From contig JAWMAR010000024.1 of the NCBI GenBank assembly GCA_036785375.1, positions 5,270,001 to 5,334,000 on the forward strand: 64,000 nt of DNA, read 5' to 3'. A program made the translations under genes and the position numbers. Under the pieces are notes generated by a model, which saw nothing but the letters and a program-made list of their open reading frames with translations, was not told the origin of the DNA and ran no database searches. Positions 13,345-26,059 of the stretch are shown one piece after another. The first letter of the stretch is position 1, and each line of letters begins with the position of its first letter. The DNA is from Leucoraja ocellata (Eukaryota).

Positions 13345-14122
13345 TATTTATTTATTTTATTATTTATTTCGAACAGAATAAAAAAATAAAAAGCAAGTGT
13401 GAAACAGCATACAAAAAACAAAAACAAAAATATTTATAAAGTGTCATAAACAATATCTATAAATAAATGAAATCATATGTGTCTGAAAAGGAGCAGGAAG
13501 AAGCCAAAGCTTATTAATTCCCATCCCTTATTCAACTGCTTGTAATTATCTTATACAAATTTAGCAGCTATATGTACACCATATGTACACCGAATTATTT
13601 ACATTTATACACTAATCAAATATTTACAAAGCCATACAACAAATAAAAAAATTAAAAGAAAAGAAAAAACCCTCATATTCTATACAGTATCTTAGTCATA
13701 TATACAACTCATCACTCTATAATCACCATTCCCAATACAATCAGTATAACAAATATCCCACTCACAATCACCTATCCTCATCCCAATATCCTTTTAAACA
13801 AGTGTTTTTGTACATCTTTTTAAACTGAATTATGCTTGTGCTAAGTTTTATCTCCTGTTCCAGACCATTCCACAAATTCACACCACAGATTGCTATGCAC
13901 ATACTTTTAAGAGTTGTTCTGACATTGAGTTTTTTTTAAATTATGTTCCCCTCTCAAATTATACCCACCCTGTCTTTCCATAAACAGTTTTTGTATATTT
14001 CTTGGAAGTAAATTATTTCTTGCTTTGTACATGATTTGCGCAGTCTTAAATTTAACCAGATCGGTGAACTTCAGTGTATGTGACTTTAAGAATAATAAAT
14101 TGGTATGTTCAAGATATCCAAC
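13345..14122 (-). mobile_element. Crack/Daphne/L2-like LINE 3' end nested in an old CR1 3' UTR
   Basis: Minus strand reads VGYLEHTNLLFLKSHTLKFTDLVKFKTAQIMYKARNNLLP...GYNLRG, then after a frameshift RTTLKSMCIAICGVNLWNGL. The long AT-rich UTR ends in (TAAA)n. 9-bp TSD GTTTAACTT at 13336-13344 and 14123-14131. Confidence 0.75.
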
Positions 14123-15204
14123 GTTTAACTTGGCATCATGTTTGGCCTGTTCCTGTGTTGTACTGTTCTATGTTCTCTCATGTCAAGAGTCACAGTTGCG
14201 GTTTACCATTTCATCCTTTTTACCAATGTTCATAAGGCTATTCGGCCAATCAAGTCTACTCCACCATTCAATCTTTCCCTCACAACCCTGTTCTACTGCC
14301 TTTGCCCCGTAACCCCTGACACCCTTACTGATCAAGAATTAATGCTGACATCCCAGATGCTGATTGGTGCTCAAAGAACCATTTGGCAAATACCAAATAT
14401 GAATGTTAATATTTATACAGTTCATGTTCCTTCCACACTTATTTCGGGATGCTATTGTTGCTTTGCCTCGGTGCAGTTATAAGCAGCTACGTTCTGTAAC
14501 TTTCTGGGATAATCTACTTTTTCCCCTATAGATGCTTGCCTCCATAGCATTCTGGAAATTTTTGGCGAGAATTGAGACCTGTGCCTGGTGTAGCTAACAT
14601 TTTAACCAATTACCCTTACATAAACTTAAACTCAGAAGCCAGAACTCATCATTTTCATCTGTTAACACTAATATGAAGATTATTCAAAACATGTCTGAAT
14701 TAAAATGAGGTTCTGAGAATATTCTCCAATAATATTTAACAATGTCATTTTCAATTCATGTCTGCTTCTGAATGTATTAAATCAGCGGTGCATTTGTAAA
14801 GGACAAGACTTCAGATTGAAGTCTTTTCCGTAAAATAACATGCCATCTATTAATGTGACATTAGCAATAAGGTGATGTATTTCCTTGCGGCACTGCACTT
14901 CACAACAGTCTTCAAGTCAGCCTCTGGGTTCACATTTCTTTCACTGTAAAACAACAACTATGACTTGGGAGATTTTCTATTTTTTTGCATTATCAATTAC
15001 CAATGTTCATAAACTATTTCCGAGCAGTGAATGAGTCTTTGTTCAATTGCAGAATTTACTGGAATTTATAATAGGGCTAATGTGATACTCTTTGACATTC
15101 AATGGAAGTTTCATTATCATCACTTTCCAGTTATCCACCAGAATTTTTATGAAACAATGAGATAATTACATATAATACTACCTTGTCTTTTGGCTCTCAT
15201 AATT

Positions 15205-15790
15205 TTATACGTTTATATTAGGTCTCCGTTCAGCCTCTGATGTTCCAGAGAAAACAATCCAAGATTGTCCAATCCCTCCTTAGAGCTAATACCTTCAAAT
15301 CCAGGCAGCATTCTGGTAAACTTCTCCTGCACCCTCTCCAATGCCTCCACATCCTCCCTGTAAAGGATCGGCCAGAACTGCAGACAATCCAAATACAGCT
15401 TAACCACAGATGTATAAAGTTCTCATTGCATTATGACTTCCTGACTTTAAACTCAATGCCCCTACCGATGATACTGTACGCCTTCTTTTCCACTCCATCT
15501 ACTTGTGTTGCTACATTTAGGAAGCTATTATGGACTTAGACCCCAAGATCCCTGTCACAGTCAGTGCTGTTAAGGGTCCTGCTATCAACTGTATACTTTC
15601 CTTTTACATCTGACCTCACAAAGTGCAACATCTCATACCTGCCTGTACTTGAACTATATCTACCATTCTGTGTGTCCCCCCCCATATCTTTAACTGATCT
15701 ATATTCTGCTGTATCCTTTGACTGCCTTCTTCATTGTCCACAATTCCAATTTTTGTTTCTTCTGCAAACAAGCAAACCAACCCATTTAAG
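15205..15790 (-). mobile_element. Decayed CR1 LINE fragment
   Basis: LDCLQFWP..YREDVEALERVQEKFTRMLPG...LGLFSLEHQRLNGDLI. Confidence 0.8.
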
Positions 15791-16807
15791 CAGTAATCAT
15801 AAACCCAGTTAAGGAGAAATACTTTGTGATGTATTCTTTTTTTCTCTTCAGCAAATAGAACTCTAAATAGTTTACGTCTGCCACGCTAGGAAATAACTCA
15901 GCAAATTAGTGATTTTTATTTCATAATCTTCTAACATATACCAAGAGGTGACAGTTTTAGATTTGTTCAAGAAAGCACAGTTTCTGTTTCTGCCTTTATT
16001 TTGGTATATTTCCATTGTTTCACTGTTATTTTTTTTTAAAAGAAGTTTACATATTTGAAAATTTATTGGGATGGATGATTGGAATTTACATTGAAGTGCA
16101 GTCTGTATCTGGGTAAAAGGCTTTAGGAGGAGTTTGGTTTGCAAGGTTGGAATTACATTTCTTTGGATAGGGTAGATGGAATGGCCAAGGTTTCAAATTT
16201 ACAGGGCAGTCATAACATGAATGAGAAATTTCTTCAAAGGAAAAAAAAAAAACCATGAGGATTGTGGAGGCTCAGTAATCCAGTATACCCTGGGAAAAGA
16301 TTAGTATATTTGTTTAACATTAAAGGAATCAAGAGGTACAAATTTAGAATGGGAAAATGTCAATGACATAAAAGATCAACCCTAATTTATTGAATGGTGA
16401 AGCAGGAAACGGGACCTAAATGCCAGACACACACACATAGACACAGACACAGGCACACGCACACACACACACGCATGCAACAAGTCATGAACTCTACCTG
16501 AAATGATTAAATGATTATTTTCGATTGATTGAATTGTTTATATAAATGTAGTCCGCTTCACAGAGCTATTTTTTCCAGCAACAATGCAACAACTATTTTC
16601 TTGGATAGACAGCATGATCTGTGAACAATTTCTGCCTATTCCGTAATCCAAAAGCAAAACATTGCAGATGTTAGGAATCCGAAATAAAAACAAAATTTTG
16701 AAAATATTCAGCAGATCATTTCTGATGAAAGACAAAATATTGAATTTGATTTTCATTCACTGTTGTCTATTCTTGTGCATTCCAAGAAAATGGTTCTGTA
16801 ATAAAAA

Positions 16808-16975
16808 GAAACTGCAGATGCTGGTTCATACCAAAGACAGACACAAAATACTGGAGTAACTATGTGGGTCAAGCAGTGTCTCTGGAGAAAATGGATAGGT
16901 GACGTGTCAGGTTGGGATCCTTCTTCAGACTCTGACCCAAAACGTCACCTGTCCATTTTCTCCAGAGATGCTCTC
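16808..16975. repeat. Fold-back pair of Penelope-type terminal repeats
   Basis: tctctggagaaaatggataggtgacgt is inverted against acgtcacctgtccattttctccagaga. Confidence 0.75.
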
Positions 16976-19900
16976 AAAATAATTGAAAAACATTGCAAGT
17001 CAGCTAAACGATGTCCCAAGTCTTTGATGACTATGAAACATGTCAAGAGCTTTAAAGAATCTGAACACCCTCAAACACTGGGGGGAAAAAAACAATAAAA
17101 TACAATTAACAAGAGCACAAAAATCCAATTAATAAGAAGTAGAAAAATGTATTAAAATCCTGGTTCTCATCGGCCATTCTTCTTCATTGGAATTAATGGG
17201 CTGTTCCTGCTTCAGGTTTATTAAGCAGATTTCCCAGCATCGCCACGAGGCTATAGCCTCAAGGTTACGCTCCACTGCTGGACCCTGTGGCCAATGTCAA
17301 GAGTGCAGTCAAGAGAAACCTTAGCAGAGACTGGAAGCCTTCAATGGCTTACAAGGGTAATTGCCAACTATTTTGGCATTACACTTTCTAATATTTTACA
17401 ACCTGCCCTGGCCTTTCATTATGATGTATGCTCAAAATCTGTACAAAATAATTAGTAATTAAAGTAAAAAACACCTTAACTTGATGGCTGCTTAGCTTAA
17501 TATATATATACACAAATAAAGTACATCGGAATTGGACGGTGTTATTTGGTAGTTTCTAAGTTGTGTTCCAATCCTCTCTAAAATTAACTTCGATTCACTT
17601 AAGATTCAGTTGATACTACTGTTTGAGTGGCAGTGACTGCACTAATCCTAAGACGTTGAACTGTTTTGGTTCTCATGGGGTTTCTTAGAAATTCAGAGGA
17701 AGTGCTCTAATGTTCCTTATGAAGGGAAAAGACATATTGGAGACATGCCAAGCAAATATTGTGAACATTTAATGAGTTCTTTAAGGAGTTTTATTCTATC
17801 TGCAAATTATCAAGTTCCTTTTAAAAAAAAAGTCAAGAATTCAAAGTATTGTCAAAGTGACTACCTGTATTGGCAAAGTCAGTGAGAAATTGATGTCCTG
17901 GTTACTTGGAGAAATTTGTAACAAATCAAGAAACTACAAGAGTGAATAACCAAATCAAATCCATATAAAGGGACTGTTGATGGGCATTCAAATTTACTTT
18001 TGAAAATACGATGGTTGCAGGAACATTCTACATCAAATAATCCATAAACGTTAAGCTAATTTAAATGCACCAAAAATTGAATACTTCAGACTCCAGCTGT
18101 GCTCACTATTGGTTGCATGGACAGCTGTTAATGTTGCTGTAAATGTAGATACATTATTAGCCTCAGTAAAAATAACTATTTCTGCATTCCACTGTTGTAT
18201 CAATGTTTTGAAAGGGCAGATGTATTTGTTAAGAATTACTGTGTTTAGTTTTACAAGCAGAAGTTTCTGATAGGCAGACCTGTTTTGTAAAAAATGGTTA
18301 AATTTTCTGACCGTCTCAATCAAACACTAAACTGCAGAGTGAGCTGTCATTAAGTGGAGTGAAGCTGGCAAGAATTTTCATGCAGTCAGTGCTACTCAGT
18401 TCCCAGAGTCCCTGCTGTGCAGTTGTTTAACTCTCCAAGAAGCCTGTTAAAGAGTCCCTGAGAGCATGTGTAAAGCCCTCCATGTTAATAGTTAATTGGA
18501 TAGGATGGCAAGATGAGAGGACAGCTGAACATGTGGGCCTCTCAGTCTCAAGCACTGGTGGACTTTTAGTTTAATAATAGCAGCTGTTCACATTGTTGAA
18601 CAACTTTGTTTTCTTCAGTTCCACAAATGATGAAAAGAAGAACGATTCCTCAGAAACTTGCCTTTTTATTGGAAAGTAGAGAGCTCCCCTGCTGCTCCTG
18701 CTCTGCCACAGCTTCAAACAACATCACGTGCTGCTAATTCTCCAATCATTGGAGACAGTGTGGGATCTCATAACCGTACATCTAGCATACTGTTTTATTT
18801 CCTTTGCAATGATTATGACAGAAAAAAGAAAACATGTAGGGAAGGCGCTATCAGTGTCAACATTATTTGTCATGGAACGTTACTTGAATATAAATGGGAA
18901 ATTAGTTAAAATAAGTATACCCTTTCAACAGATAGCTTTCTTTATTGCTGGTTACAAGACTAAGCATCTATATCTGGTACACAAAGGGAATTCGCATAAC
19001 ATGAAGTATAGGATTGTTCATTCAAGTACTTACTTCAAAGTGTTGAGAGAGATATAGATTCCATATTCAACTCTCTTTTGGAACCTGATGGGTGCCCATA
19101 GAACTGACAGCAGCAGTTTTGAATGGAATTACTTATCCGAATGGGGTCAGAGTTAAATTGCAAGTGTCTGGGACTGATTTCAACCCATGTTTATTTAATA
19201 TTATTTATTCTGAAGTAACATGCGGATCAAGTAAATGCAACAACATTATGCTCACTAGATATTGTGTTACTATTATTCAGTCATTTATTAATTCTTTGAA
19301 ATTTCCACAATGTTAAAAGTGCAGACATTTTTAGAAGCACCTGTAAAAGATTCCCCGGGATTAAACTTCGTTGTGCAACATCATCCAATTAATTTGTCTA
19401 AATATACATAAGTGAAATAGAGTTGGACAAAACATATCTGGGAACAAGGCCTGGTGTTTTAAGGTCCACAACTAAATGATGTAAGCCTGAGTCAGTCAAC
19501 TTCTCATCATGGTGTGGGAATAGTCATCTGTTCAGGCATATGGAATCTTTGGCTTCCATACTCTACAGTCGGTAATTACACAGAATCTCGGTCATTGGTA
19601 AACGATTCAGAACAAAGGGGACAAAACAACCTCTGGATTTGCCCCATTTAGAAACGCAGCCACAAGGCATGTATATGAAATTGTATACATATGGCACTGA
19701 CTTTCAAGTATTAGGTTTGTTGATTGTGTCTTGTCCGTGTCACCATTATACAACATAATATGGACATACAAATTTTGTTTCTACTGGATATTTGCTTAAC
19801 CATGAATTGAAAGTCCTGATAGATAGGAGCAGGATGAAAATTCTATTTTCTTTGTTTTGCCTGTTTCCATTTTTAACTTTCATTTTAGTATTTTTACTGC

Positions 19901-21035
19901 ACAACCATGTGGCTTTTTTCACAGGCTGGAGTGTGTATTGCAATATAGAACTCTTGAAATGTGCTTTAGAACGTTTCTCCCCCATCTGAAAGAGAAGAAA
20001 GAGCCTGAAAGCTCTTATCTACAAATGCACCACTTTATATTAATATTTAATTAGCAGGCAAATTGTACTGTGTGTCTGAAAGCTTCTGAAGAGTTGTTAG
20101 TGCCACAATTGACCTAAAAGTTTAATAATAACTCACTCCATAGAGCAAATGCCAGTTCAACATCGGGAAACACTGCAAGCCAATTCCTTTGAGATGAGAA
20201 AGCAAACCAAATGGCAGGCGAGAGTTCCTGGGATGGAACCTTCTGGAAAGCAAGGAGCTGGAGTAACTTTGAAGCCAGGCTTTATATGAAAACAGTGGGG
20301 AAAAAGCTGATCCCTCCTGCTCTGGGAGATGCTGGTTTAAGGCCAAAATCTCATGAAACAGAAGTGCAGTTAGATCCTGTAACAGAAGGCACTGGTAGCC
20401 CTAATAACCTGGCAAGCAAAGGAGGGGGCAAAGAAAAAGGCTGCTTCTGGGAACAAAAATCAAAGAAATGCTTCATTGTAGCTGTAATTAAGAGCACTCA
20501 CTTGTATTTTCCTGTGTCCAATATGCTCTTTGTATCCATCAAAATACAGAAAACTTGCATTACTGTCACATCTGTGTATTATTAGTTTTCACATTCGGCT
20601 GACTTGGATGTCTTAATTATCATGCTCATCACTGAATTGGTATAAATCATTGTGGATAATAACATATTACTTAAAGAATTCTTGTGCAGAGATGAAATGA
20701 TTTATTTAGAAAGTAGTGAATGAGCATCACGGTGGTATTAATGCCCTTTTTAACTTAATTAATAGCAACTTTATCATTTCACATATTGCTGGTAATTAAT
20801 CCCTAGAAACAGAACATTGACTTAAATGTTAGGTTGATTGAAGGAGTGAAGTGGATGTTTCCACTACAGTAAAGGGCTGTTTTTATCTGAAAGCCTAAAG
20901 GAAATATTTTTTTAAAAATTCCTTCAGACTGGGAGGGGGATGGGCAGTGCAGAATATTATTTAAGGAATCGTAGAATACTAATATTACTCATGTCAGTGT
21001 ACACAAGGCTGCTCAAATCATAACAGGTGACAATC

Positions 21036-21054
21036 TGGCCAGCAGAGGGAGTAG
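21036..21054 (+). promoter_or_regulatory. Candidate CTCF site
   Basis: TGGCCAGCAGAGGGAGTAG closely follows the CTCF core CCASYAGRKGGCR, with one core mismatch. Confidence 0.45.
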
Positions 21055-23958
21055 TCTTCTGTATACCAGCACATTCCCATCATTCTTCCCACCTGCCCCC
21101 TCTTCCAGCCAGTCTCCCATCTGGACCGAGGCCTGCCTGTCTGCTTCTGATGACAGGCTATAATTTTTCTCCCATCAACGTGCGAACACTTGGTACAGGA
21201 TTAGTATAAGCTCATTTGGAAGTTTCAGTATCTGTAGCCAGCACCTTCATTACAGGAGTCAGCTGTTTTTATTGCCTCCTAAATTTTGAACAGCTTTTGT
21301 GTATTTACTTGCTTACGTTAGTCTGAATATTTTCATCTCACCCTGTTTTGTTTTAACAGTCTTGAGTTTACAAGGTTTAAATAATTGATTTGTCTGTTTA
21401 TTGACCCATGGTCCATTTAGAGTTATACACTGATGGTACCATCTTGATGGTAATTTTCTGTACATTCACTTAGATCTTGATAACACGGGGAATTGATGAC
21501 ATTAAATTGAAGATGGCATCATCGACTATCTTCATGTTAAGTCATTTCACATAGTTTGATAACATTATTTATGGAGGAACTTTTCCACAGCCCAAGCATA
21601 GACTGACAATAAAAAATCGCTAATCATCGTTGCAAAAGTGGGAAATGTGAAAAGACTCAACCAATTAATTCAGTTGGGAGATTTTGACAATATGAACCCA
21701 GAAAATGAATTGTATCTTTTATCATAATTGGTTATCAAGTCAGAGATTTATTGATGACAAATATTCTTCTACTGAATAAATAGAATGTTGATGGTGCATA
21801 ATATTGGCACTGTGATTGTAAGACTGTAAATCACCTGGGTACCTACAATCTGAAGAGTGTCATAGGATTCACAGATTTATTATGGGGGGTTTTTCTCTAT
21901 TGACTTTTGAATTATGAATCATTTGTGTAAACTATAGATTTTTTTAAACACCAAAGTATAAAGTTTTATTTATTTTCAATGCTTGTGCAACACCCTGAAT
22001 ATTGTCATTTATTGCTAACTCTGCTTTCACCTAAGTACATTAGAGCACGTTAGAATTTTTTTCCCTAAAGAAAAACAACTGCATAATTTTGACTAGCCTT
22101 TCAAACAATTAATTTATTTTGGAACATATGATATCCCTCAATAATTTTTGATCTCTCTTAATATAAACCAGAATAAAGGGTAAACTATGTCCTCTTAAAA
22201 GGCGATGTAACACTGCCTTTGGGCATGAACTTATTAATAAGGATAGTACGGTATTTTCTGGTAATACAAAATGGTGATTAAGTGAGTAGAATTACATGTA
22301 TTGCAAGTTGATTATTTTACAAATTGACTTATCAATGTACATGTCTTATCTCCCATCATAATGCACATCCAGCTTTAAGCTATCTTTGTAAATGATGTCC
22401 ATTTGTACAGCTTTACAGCTTAATGTAGTTGCAGCACTGGATTATGTCAAATACTATAATTCATGACTAACAAAATGTTGTATGTGCCAATATTATATCA
22501 GGAATGTGCATTGAAAACATTGTGATTTCCGTTACAAAGTACTAGATGATTATATAACAGAAAAATTAGCTAAACCCATTTTATAACCAAGAATCATTTA
22601 TCTGCAGACAATTTAAAACCTTGAAAAATTATTGGCTGTGTGAATCTCTTTATATTGAATAAAGCAGATGTTATTTTCCTTTTTTTCGTTTTTTCGATCA
22701 CCTATATAAATGAAATAGTTTTGTGCATACCTCCTTTTAATGTTCTCGTGTTGACAATATGACCCTAAATTATACTTTAAATTATCTTCTTTAACCATGA
22801 TAGCCTTGGTCTTTTTGTTAATCAACTCAATGCATAATCTTTCAATACCTCCAACAGCTTTTTCCTGTGCAGGCCTTCCCTCTCTCGGGGACCTTAAGCT
22901 TGCCTTCTGCTGTATTCCTGGAGCTCTCACCCTTCAGCTGGGCCTTGCCTACCAATATATTTTGCACATGAGGCACCTCAGTACTGGTTGCCAGCACTGC
23001 TGCCTCCAGCCCAGCCTCAGCAATACCATGTCCAGTTAGTTCTCTTATTTCCCTACTTCCCCCAACCTGAGCCAACAGCAACTCAAAAGTCCAGTGTATA
23101 AAATCAAATCATGCTGAAACAATAAAAAAATAAAAAAGATAGGAGCCAAGGCTCAAACAACTTAAATGGAAATAGTATAAGAAATGGGAAACGTTTCGTA
23201 AAAACCGAAATAATATAAAGTAGCCTAAAATGTGGTCTGTCTTAATAGATAAAAGGCAGGCACGGCATAAAACAAAAAGGACACAGTAAGAAACAAAACA
23301 AGAAACGAATCCTGCGAAATTAAGTTATATTTTAAGATGTCAGCTTTCGTAGAGCCTGCAATTATTTGTACATTTTCTTCCTAATACATAGCATTACAGG
23401 AGAGATAATTTTACATGAACATGAAGATCTTTAGAGATAGATTAGCAATAGCAATCCATCCTAAACAGTAATAATTTAATGCAGGACACTTTGTACGCTT
23501 TGTGTTTTCTTTTATTAAAATGCACCAAGAAACGATGCATTGAAGGGCAATGACTTTGCAGCTTTGAAGCTGTTTTCCATTTACAATTGGTGTATAGCAG
23601 ATGAATTGGCATGAAAGAAAGCATTATGCAGTCCATAAAATCTACTCAATGGAAGCTAACAGTGAAAAAAAACTAACAGCAGTAATGTGACTTTTAATGC
23701 AATTGAAATATTTAAGTGTAAAATAATAACTAAGTATTCACTTAATTTCATTACTTCACATAAATCAACATACTATGTATTTGTAACTAAAATATTTTTA
23801 CCACTAAAATTTTAATCTAAACAAAGATGAATTCGGGAACTATCTAATCATTGATAAGCTTTAAGTTACCTTTATTTATTTATGGGGTTAGCCTCAACTT
23901 ATTCTGTTCTTCTCCTTTTTTAAAATTCTTTAAATCTATTTTCTTCTATCCTCTACAG

Positions 23959-24067
23959 AACAAAGCAGTTATAGACCGTGTGGTAAAATTATCAGATACT
24001 GTGATTGGTCTTGAATCATTTAATGCTTCTGAGAGAGAAACCAATCCAATCTACAAGGACTATCATG
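23959..24067 (+). CDS. ELP4: ELP4 internal coding exon (exon 8 equivalent), 109 nt
   Basis: Acceptor ttcttctatcctctacag|, donor g|gtaagt. Reads [36 protein letters not shown]+G (ELP4 'SD.V.GLESF.GSERETNP.YKDYHG'). Phase 0-1. Confidence 0.97.
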
Positions 24068-24239
24068 GTAAGTCTAATTGTGTCCAAAGTACCCAAGTGA
24101 TTTATAGATATTTAACAGTTTGCTCTTTAATTAGTTTGTCTGCCATAAGGTAGTAATTGATTTCATTTCAGAATCTGCATTTTGACTGTCTCCCAATGTA
24201 GCAATCTATTGGTCAGACTGTTTATCTTTTACTGTGCAT

Positions 24240-24560
24240 TAGGACTGTGAAAGTAACATGGCAACTACTCGCATGTTGTCAAGCCAAATTACCAAGACAG
24301 TGCTCAATCAGATGTGCATCATTGTAGGCAGGCTTTTGGGAATACTCACGCAGAGGAAGCCAGGCAGCCACTCGGCCAGTGAGCTTACCAATTCCCTTAA
24401 CCATGACTAGACTGCACCAACTCAGCCAATGTTCCTGTCACAAAAGATCAGCTTAGATTTGAGCTCACACCGCTCGAAGCTAAAAGCAGACCTCATGTAT
24501 ACACCAGTTCCTAACGGTCATAAATGAGCTTCATTTCCAAATATTCATTTATTTTACACA
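24240..24560. promoter_or_regulatory. Candidate conserved enhancer in the short intron between exons 8 and 9
   Basis: Unique, more GC-balanced sequence with an RFX-like GTAACATGGCAAC (24253-24265), GTCATAAA (24517-24524) and TGACA motifs. It lies in the DRR hypersensitive-site neighbourhood (inference). Confidence 0.45.
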
Positions 24561-25092
24561 TCCATTCTGAATTTTGTGCCCCTTTTAAGGGCTATTTACC
24601 ACAACAACATGTGACAATTTGTCAATGGCTGAAGCCTCAAAATACATTTAATTTATAAAAGCTGCAGTCAGTCAAGGTTTCCAACCCATAAGCCATGTTT
24701 TTGTGGCTGCTTACTGGTGCATTTAATAAAATAAAGATCATTCAGCAATGCTTTTGGGCAGCAAGCAAGGTGATAGCCACATTTGCTTACTGTAAATATA
24801 AGAGAAAATATCACAAATGGGCCTCCGTTTTGACAACCGTCAGAATTCTTTTTGTGGATGTCATATCTGTACCTAAATATAATTAGTTTTACTTGAACAA
24901 GGATTTTTGTTTATCTTATTCTGCTTGATTACTTGGGCATAATCACACTGCTTGCTTCATTGCTTCTGATGGCGATCCCTGGTTTAAAAAGGGACAGTGA
25001 GGAATGTAATTGTGGAGAGTTCTGCTATCAGCTTGTTTAATTTATGCAGCTGCATGATAGCATGTTTTTTCTTAATTTAAATTTTCCTTAAG

Positions 25093-25199
25093 GTTTATTC
25101 CATGTTCGTCAGCTTCCTCGGCTTAATTGTTTAATCTCTGATGTGCCTGATACAAAGGATCTTGCATTCAAATTGAAACGAAAATTGTTCACTATTGAG
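25093..25199 (+). CDS. ELP4: ELP4 internal coding exon (exon 9 equivalent), 107 nt
   Basis: Acceptor attttccttaag|, donor gag|gtagga. Completes the split Gly codon and reads [35 protein letters not shown] (ELP4 '[14 protein letters not shown]'). Phase 1-0. Not in the ORF track. Confidence 0.97.
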
Positions 25200-26059
25200 G
25201 TAGGAAACACTGAGGTTTACTTTATTTTATAAATCTACCAAAGAATAAGTTGTTTTGCAAGGTAATAACAAAATGAGCTATGTCTTACATTTGACTGTGC
25301 AGAAAGTTATTTTTCATAGAAGCTATTATCTTCTCAAAAGGAAGAAGCGTTTGGGGTGGGGGAGGGCAAAGAACTCTTTGCTACACTTTCAGTTTGTGGG
25401 TCAAGAATTTTTCTGTAACTTTTGTGAATAAACTAAGGCAAGGATGTGCACTATTATATGTCTGCGGGTCATTTGTCAAATTAATTGCTTAGATTGGCTG
25501 GTACTTTATTCCATTTCTTTGCTGTAGATCTGAATTAAAATATCTTTGCAACAAAATACAGTCTGGCATCATTAATAATTTTTGCTATTCATCATTTGCA
25601 ATACCTAGCATATGTTGTATTGAACGAAAATAATAGAAATCGCAATGTAGTACTTAACGTTAATATTTACAAATTCCTACTACTGATCACATGCTTGCAT
25701 TAACTAGGGCATTACACCAGCACTTTGTGTCTTTTTTTGTAAAGCAGCATCTGCAATTCCTCATGTCTACATTCGTTTTTAGAAAATAGTTTAACATGCA
25801 TTGTGAGCTGAATGATAACAGACATAATATACTGTGAACATATTTTCTGCTGTAAATGCCGCTACAATTATTTTCCTCCGTATTATTAACCTAAATGTGG
25901 CTGGCCTGGGAATATTTAAAAAATGATTATAGAGGTTAATTCTCCTGTTCTACCGGATTCAAACTTCAGCAGTGATCCAAGATATTTGTAGTGTTTGTAA
26001 TCCTGACGTGTTAGGAGTGAAATGAATCCATTCCCTCTTTCCTCTGTTACTAAATAGCA

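Noticed and set aside
20211-20585. 124-aa ATG-initiated ORF in intron 7
   Set aside because: No recognisable domain or convincing splice context; most likely a chance ORF in non-coding DNA.
25075-25092. TTCCTTAA resembling a U12 branch site before exon 9
   Set aside because: It is the acceptor itself, and the intron donor is U2-type GTAAGT rather than RTATCCT.
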